This document shows positions 52,125-56,024 of a stretch of DNA of 56,024 bases, one piece after another; the first letter of the stretch is position 1, and every line of letters starts with the position of its first letter. Source of the stretch: a virus; the IMG/VR virus record IMGVR_UViG_3300027904_000003, positions 1 to 56,024 of that record. One strand, written 5' to 3'. Both the position numbers and the translations under genes were made by a program. Below the pieces are notes generated by a model, which saw nothing but the letters and a program-made list of their open reading frames with translations, searched no databases and was not told the origin of the DNA.

Positions 52125-52727
52125 TTACTCGCCTCCCTCAGCAGCTGTTATCACAGTCCTCCACCTAAATATCCTATTAAGCCTCTCCTGCGAGAAGGTC
52201 GGTTGCTTCATCATCCACTCCTTGAAGTCCTCAGCCCCCTTGGAGCTATTACATGTTGCACACGCCGGCACTATATTAGCTTGCACAGTCCGCCCACCGT
52301 AACTACTAGGTGTGAGATGGTCCTTTGTCAAGCGTGAGCCACGTCGTGTAGTGCAACCGCAGTAAGCGCACTCGCCTCCGAAAAATATCAAGCACTCCTT
52401 CCACTCCTGATGCGTCAGCTCAGGATGGCCTTCGCCCCTGCGGCGCTGGCCGCCGAGGAATCCGCTAAAGCTCCTCTTGTGTAGGTTCTCACCGCGCCGC
52501 AGGTTATAACACACCTTACAGTCCTTGCGATAAACCACCTCACCATGCTTGTCTGTTCCGTTCTTAGCATAATGCTCTACAAGCTCCTTGTACTCCCCGC
52601 AGAACACACACCGTCGCAGCACCTCTGCCACGCCACCTGTGCGCTCCACCCTGTCCTCCGACTCATACGAACCAATCATCCGCTTCGTTCCTCTCGTACC
52701 CACTCCCGAGCACCTCCTACTCCTCAT
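52125..52727 (-). CDS. HNH endonuclease with an N-terminal zinc ribbon
   Basis: CAYCG...LTKDHLTPSSYGG...NIVPACATCNSSKG. Adjacent to the terminase genes. Confidence 0.85.
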   Translation of the reverse strand: MRSRRCSGVGTRGTKRMIGSYESEDRVERTGGVAEVLRRCVFCGEYKELVEHYAKNGTDKHGEVVYRKDCKVCYNLRRGENLHKRSFSGFLGGQRRRGEGHPELTHQEWKECLIFFGGECAYCGCTTRRGSRLTKDHLTPSSYGGRTVQANIVPACATCNSSKGAEDFKEWMMKQPTFSQERLNRIFRWRTVITAAEGGE

Positions 52728-52732
52728 ATCTA

Positions 52733-53728
52733 CTAGTCTTGTACTGTGTAGCCGCCCTGCTCCTCTACGTAAGTCGTCCCAGCGTCACTGTCAGGGTCTA
52801 GACCTAGCGTCAACTCACGCTCCGTTGTCAAGGTTGTCTCCTTAGCCGTCACTGTGGTGATGGAGCCCAGCGCTCCAGCCTTAAGCAGTATCTGCACCAC
52901 CTCGCCCAAGTCACCCTGCTCAGTAGCTTGCTTCTTCACTGCGCCGCTACCGTCTATATCTACAAGCATCTCATTGCGCGCTGTGGACTGAATCTCCGCG
53001 TCCATATGCGCCTTGCGCTCTAACTCGCTCATCGTCTTCACCAGACCGTTTATCTCGCTCGGCTTCAGCTCCTCTGGGTCTATCATGTCTATAGCTCTGG
53101 TGAGCTTGCTCCGCAGCGCCTTGGCCATATCTACATGTGCCTGGTTCATCGCCAGTATCTCGTCCCTGCGCTGCAGCAGCGTCACATCTTCACAGTGTTT
53201 AATCCAAGCTTGGAGTCTAGCCTGAAAGCTCCAGCGAGCGGCGATGGCTCTCACGGCATCCCGCGTACAGCACAGCTGCTCTGCAGCATCTTGATATGTA
53301 GGCCGCTTGCCTGGGTACGCATCCCGATACGTTATCCAGACTGTATACTCCCACTGGGTCTCACCCGGCTGGCGCTCCCAGAGATTGAGACCCGATGCAG
53401 CGGCCTGAGCTACAATATCTGTATGGTTCCTCGTATATGTGATTCTACAGTTGTAAGCCTTTACACAATCAACGCATAGGTGTGCATCAGTCTTATGCAT
53501 CTCGACGCCGTCGCGCCCGCACCTTCTACAGGTTGACAAATTAACTTCTTCAACCATGTTTTCGCCCTCACTATCAAACAAGTGTGGGCTCCACATCGCT
53601 GCTGCGCCGCTGGGGCTAATATTCCCAGATGTAGTTTCTTCTTCAATGTCCCAGCCTAAAACTGTTTCGCTTGTATCTACAATATCTGTTGGCTGTGTAT
53701 CAGCCGTATAATTGAGTAATACATTCAT
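52733..53728 (-). CDS. terS: terminase small subunit-like DNA-binding protein (331 aa) with a zinc ribbon
   Basis: First gene of the late operon. HTH-like PTYQDAAEQLCCTRDAVRAIAARWSFQARLQAW followed by a coiled coil. Confidence 0.55.
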   Translation of the reverse strand: MNVLLNYTADTQPTDIVDTSETVLGWDIEEETTSGNISPSGAAAMWSPHLFDSEGENMVEEVNLSTCRRCGRDGVEMHKTDAHLCVDCVKAYNCRITYTRNHTDIVAQAAASGLNLWERQPGETQWEYTVWITYRDAYPGKRPTYQDAAEQLCCTRDAVRAIAARWSFQARLQAWIKHCEDVTLLQRRDEILAMNQAHVDMAKALRSKLTRAIDMIDPEELKPSEINGLVKTMSELERKAHMDAEIQSTARNEMLVDIDGSGAVKKQATEQGDLGEVVQILLKAGALGSITTVTAKETTLTTERELTLGLDPDSDAGTTYVEEQGGYTVQD

Positions 53729-53892
53729 TTACACAACCCCCCTTACCTATTTATATTATACGTATTTTGCAGCTTTTTTAGGGCTATACATCGCGTGCTT
53801 GCTACTAGTACGTAATTTTTAACCCTTTATTTTATCTACAAGTTCTAGTACGGGCCTGCTACGAGTAAATTTATTTTGTTACATTTTATATT

Positions 53893-53916
53893 TTTATATA
53901 CGCGCGCGTATATAAA
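53893..53916. repeat. perfect 24-nt palindrome TTTATATACGCGCGCGTATATAAA
   Basis: Read directly; (CG)4 core flanked by AT-rich arms. Confidence 0.9.
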
Positions 53917-53966
53917 TTTTAATGATTTTTAATGCAGTAGCGCTGCGTTTATTCTATGCCAATTGT

Positions 53967-54046
53967 GCCGTATACTCATTACCTATAAGACAGCTTCTGC
54001 GCCACGGCCGTATACCCATTACCTATAAGACAGCTTCTGCGCCACG
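53967..54046. repeat. 40-bp direct tandem repeat x2 (GCCGTATAC[T/C]CATTACCTATAAGACAGCTTCTGCGCCACG)
   Basis: 53967-54006 and 54007-54046 differ at one position. Confidence 0.9.
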
Positions 54047-54145
54047 GCGCCAAAAGTACCCCATTTCTACTGTCTTAAAAATTTGAATTTTAATACTTCG
54101 TCTTAAAAGAATTCTTTTTATTTCCTATTGTTTTTCCTGCATTAA

Positions 54146-54187
54146 AATATAATGCCGTTGGCATTATATTGCAAAGCGTTGCTTTGC
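54146..54187 (-). terminator. two abutting hairpins (candidate early-transcript terminator)
   Basis: AATATAATGCC-GTT-GGCATTATATT at 54146-54170 and GCAAAGC-GTT-GCTTTGC at 54171-54187. Confidence 0.45.
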
Positions 54188-54265
54188 CTTAAAATTACTC
54201 GCTACGCTTCATAATTTTCTTATTCTTTTCTACGTATATTATATACAATTATTACTTTATCTTAT

Positions 54266-54454
54266 AAATAAATGGTTGAACTATATTCCTCTCCATAAAT
54301 ATTGCTGCGTGCAAAATTATATATTAAATAAGAAATGTTCCATTTCTTATTTAATATATAATTTTGCTTACCGAATATATTATCGCTTCGCTCAATATAT
54401 TCGTTATAAACGCAGCAATATTTATTCCGAGAAATATAGTTCAACCATTTATTT
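54266..54454. repeat. ~190-nt nested palindrome (22-bp and 14-bp outer stems enclosing a 27-bp-stem hairpin and a 10-bp-stem hairpin)
   Basis: Pairs: 54266-54287 with 54433-54454; 54297-54310 with 54410-54423; 54311-54337 with 54341-54367; 54372-54381 with 54394-54403. Confidence 0.9.
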
Positions 54455-54545
54455 CCAACTATTTCCTCTCCATAAACTTCCATTTAATTCCTACAATTTA
54501 TTTCCAACTATTTCCTCTCCATAAACTTCCATTTAATTCCTACAA
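54448..54545. repeat. 49-bp direct tandem repeat x2
   Basis: 54448-54496 equals 54497-54545 (TTTATTTCCAACTATTTCCTCTCCATAAACTTCCATTTAATTCCTACAA). A partial third copy TTCCTCTCCATAAA lies at 54287-54300. Confidence 0.9.
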
Positions 54546-54701
54546 TTCAATTTCAATTTCAATTTCATACATATCTTCTATACCATCTACCTCTTTATAT
54601 ACACAATCCAAATCCAACGCTAACAATACATCAAGCAATTTTTCCAATTCTTTTCTATCACCTCTAATTCGCACTACCTCATATTTAACCCAACTATACA
54701 T
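54540..54701 (-). CDS. small early protein (53 aa), paralog of 55441..55623; not in the ORF track
   Basis: AGAGGAGGTGGAAAGTAT then ATG. MYSWVKYEVVRIRGD...LLDVLLALDLDCVYKEVDG aligns with MIVHKYEIIGATF...LIKLVLDSLDVSYEVEE. Confidence 0.65.
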   Translation of the reverse strand: MYSWVKYEVVRIRGDRKELEKLLDVLLALDLDCVYKEVDGIEDMYEIEIEIEL

Positions 54702-54738
54702 ATACTTTCCACCTCCTCTCTTTCTTTAACCTACCCCT

Positions 54739-54767
54739 ATTATACACTACTTCTAACATCTTGTCAA
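54739..54767 (-). promoter_or_regulatory. consensus sigma-A promoter TTGACA-N17-TATAAT
   Basis: Minus strand: TTGACA at 54762-54767, 17-nt spacer, TATAAT at 54739-54744. Confidence 0.85.
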
Positions 54768-54830
54768 CCCTTTTTATATTACAATTATATTACAATTCCT
54801 ATTTCCATATATTACCAATTATCATACATA

Positions 54831-54863
54831 AAAATATATTTCATTTTACTGAAATATATTTTT
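54831..54863 (-). terminator. AT-rich intrinsic terminator after CDS 54875..55429
   Basis: AAAATATATTTCA-6 nt-TGAAATATATTTT gives a 13-bp stem ending in a T-run on either strand. Confidence 0.7.
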
Positions 54864-54874
54864 ACTTTCATTAT

Positions 54875-55429
54875 TCAATTTCCATTATCTTTAGCCACTT
54901 CAATTTCATTATTTACTAATTTTTCCAAACTTTCAATAATTACATTTTTATCCAAATCACCCGCGCCCTTCAATATATCAATAATAACTTGAACATCACT
55001 TTTTCTAACTAAACTTCCATCAATTTTATCAACAACCTTTTTTCTTTCATTCAACATTTTTTCAATTTCACACGCTTTTCTAAATTCATCATTATCCCCC
55101 TCTACTTCTGTTAACCATCTACACAAACTTTTTTTACTCTGAATACTTCTCAACGCCTTAATAACTTCTTCATAACTCAATTTACTAACATCATCAATAT
55201 CATAATTAGTTACACTCTTTTCCCGAGGCACCAACACCCCTCTACTTTCTTTCAACAATTGCTCATAATTCAAAATTTTATTTAATTCATCCTCATATCC
55301 TTTTTTACCTTTACATTTCAACAACCTACATTTCAAACTTTGCACCCTTTTTAATTCCGCAGCAATTTCAACAACATTACCATCAAATTTTTTAATAATT
55401 TCATTTACCTTTTTTTCCATTTCTAACAT
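54875..55429 (-). CDS. hypothetical early protein (184 aa); distant paralog of 1694..2530
   Basis: RBS AAAGGAGATG. Shares the LRSIQSKKS motif with 1694..2530. Confidence 0.7.
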   Translation of the reverse strand: MLEMEKKVNEIIKKFDGNVVEIAAELKRVQSLKCRLLKCKGKKGYEDELNKILNYEQLLKESRGVLVPREKSVTNYDIDDVSKLSYEEVIKALRSIQSKKSLCRWLTEVEGDNDEFRKACEIEKMLNERKKVVDKIDGSLVRKSDVQVIIDILKGAGDLDKNVIIESLEKLVNNEIEVAKDNGN

Positions 55430-55440
55430 CTCCTTTATTT

Positions 55441-55623
55441 TTAATACTCTATTCTTTCCTTACTTTCATACTTTTTAGCATCTATTATACAACTATTTGT
55501 ATACTCTTCAACCTCATAACTAACATCTAATGAATCTAATACTAACTTAATTAATTCAACATCTTTATCACCCTTTTTACACATAAACGTCGCACCAATA
55601 ATCTCATATTTATGCACTATCAT
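55441..55623 (-). CDS. small early protein (60 aa; start moved to MIVHKYE)
   Basis: AGAGGAGGTGGAAAGT then ATG at 55623, the same RBS geometry as its paralog. Confidence 0.7.
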   Translation of the reverse strand: MIVHKYEIIGATFMCKKGDKDVELIKLVLDSLDVSYEVEEYTNSCIIDAKKYESKERIEY

Positions 55624-55658
55624 ACTTTCCACCTCCTCTCTTTCTTTAATCTACCCCT

Positions 55659-55687
55659 ATTATACACTACTTCTAACATCTTGTCAA
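55659..55687 (-). promoter_or_regulatory. consensus sigma-A promoter TTGACA-N17-TATAAT
   Basis: Minus strand: TTGACA at 55682-55687, TATAAT at 55659-55664. Part of a ~120-nt block duplicated at 54703-54822. Confidence 0.85.
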
Positions 55688-55729
55688 CCCTTTTTATATT
55701 ACAATTATATTACAATTCCTATCTCCATA

Positions 55730-55866
55730 TATTACCAATTATCCAATATTACCAATTATCCAATATTACCAATTATCCAATATTACCAATTATCCAATAT
55801 TACCAATTATCCAATATTACCAATTATCCAATATTACCAATTATCCAATATTACCAATTACCAATT
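55730..55866. repeat. 17-bp tandem repeat (TATTACCAATTATCCAA), 7 full units plus a partial unit
   Basis: Units start at 55730 and recur every 17 nt. Each unit has two CCAAT motifs 8 and 9 nt apart. Only one unit is present in the duplicated block at 54810-54822. Confidence 0.95.
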
Positions 55867-55885
55867 GTTGCTATAGCTTGCCAAC

Positions 55886-56024
55886 GCTGCGCCGCGGCGG
55901 CTAAAAGCTTCAGCTCGCTCAGCTCGCGCCGCGGCGGCTAAAAGCTTCGGTCTGCGCAAAACGCGCCGCGGCGGCTAAAAGCTTCGGTCTGCGCAAAACG
56001 CGCCGCGGCGGCTAAAAGCTTCGG
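55886..56024. repeat. 37-bp GC-rich tandem array at the right end (one variant unit, two canonical units, 21-nt partial unit)
   Basis: 55930-56024 is identical to 1-95. The variant unit carries CAGCTCGCTCAGCTCGC, as in the internal array. Confidence 0.95.

Noticed and set aside
54262-54729. Tracked ORFs 54262..54483(-), 54276..54524(+) and 54364..54729(+).
   Set aside because: They are mirror-image reading frames created by the nested palindrome and the 49-bp repeats. They have low-complexity I/Y/N/F-rich translations and no RBS. The real gene in this area is the 53-aa minus-strand ORF 54540..54701.
55612-55941. 109-aa plus-strand ORF across the 17-bp repeats.
   Set aside because: The translation is a repeat artefact (PILPIIQYYQLSNITNY x3), and the ORF runs antisense to a consensus promoter.

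Overview
The window looks like a complete genome of about 55.9 kb from a tailed dsDNA phage. Nt 1-95 are identical to nt 55930-56024, so the sequence closes on itself through a 37-bp tandem array. The virion is siphovirus-type, with a 1350-aa tape measure, a major tail protein, and a G/G-T chaperone pair with a -1 frameshift. GGAGG-type ribosome-binding sites, sigma-A-like promoters, a PGRP-type amidase and a 3D-domain hydrolase point to a low-GC Gram-positive host.

I can support about 85 protein genes, and all but three are on the minus strand. Read right to left on the minus strand, the layout is:
- Very AT-rich early region (55.7-54.5 kb) with duplicated consensus promoters.
- Structured non-coding region (54.5-53.7 kb).
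- Packaging genes: TerS-like, HNH, and TerL split by an intein.
- A fibre-like cassette, unexpectedly placed between TerL and portal.
- Head module: portal, XkdF-like protease, scaffold, decoration protein, major capsid protein.
- Connector, tail, tape measure, baseplate and a collagen-like fibre.
- Holin and amidase, followed by a membrane protein / small secreted peptide / membrane-tethered HTH cassette.
- A run of single-gene units (28.1-24.1 kb).
- A 20-kb replication and nucleotide-metabolism module (23.7-3.7 kb). It encodes SNF2 helicase, VRR-NUC, a sigma factor, ligase, RNase H, a DnaG-type primase fused to an MCM-like helicase, YqaJ exonuclease, dUTPase, ThyX-like, dTMP-kinase-like, Pol I and an HD/OB protein.

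The left end (0.2-3.8 kb) carries three plus-strand genes and one minus-strand gene driven by divergent early promoters. I found no integrase, repressor, tRNA, rRNA or CRISPR array.

The most unusual features:
1. Two inward-facing non-coding loci bracket the replication module. Each combines microsatellites with CCTAAC-iteron inverted repeats around an AT-rich core.
2. An Ala1 intein with the WCT signature (class 3) and a LAGLIDADG domain sits in the TerL P-loop.
3. GC-rich 37-mer arrays, 17-mer CCAAT arrays and duplicated promoter modules lie around the genome junction.
4. A possible peptide-signalling cassette follows the endolysin.
5. A Y-shaped palindrome of about 190 nt lies in the 53.7-54.5 kb non-coding region.

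All functional calls rest on motifs I recognised by eye in the translations. No database search was possible.
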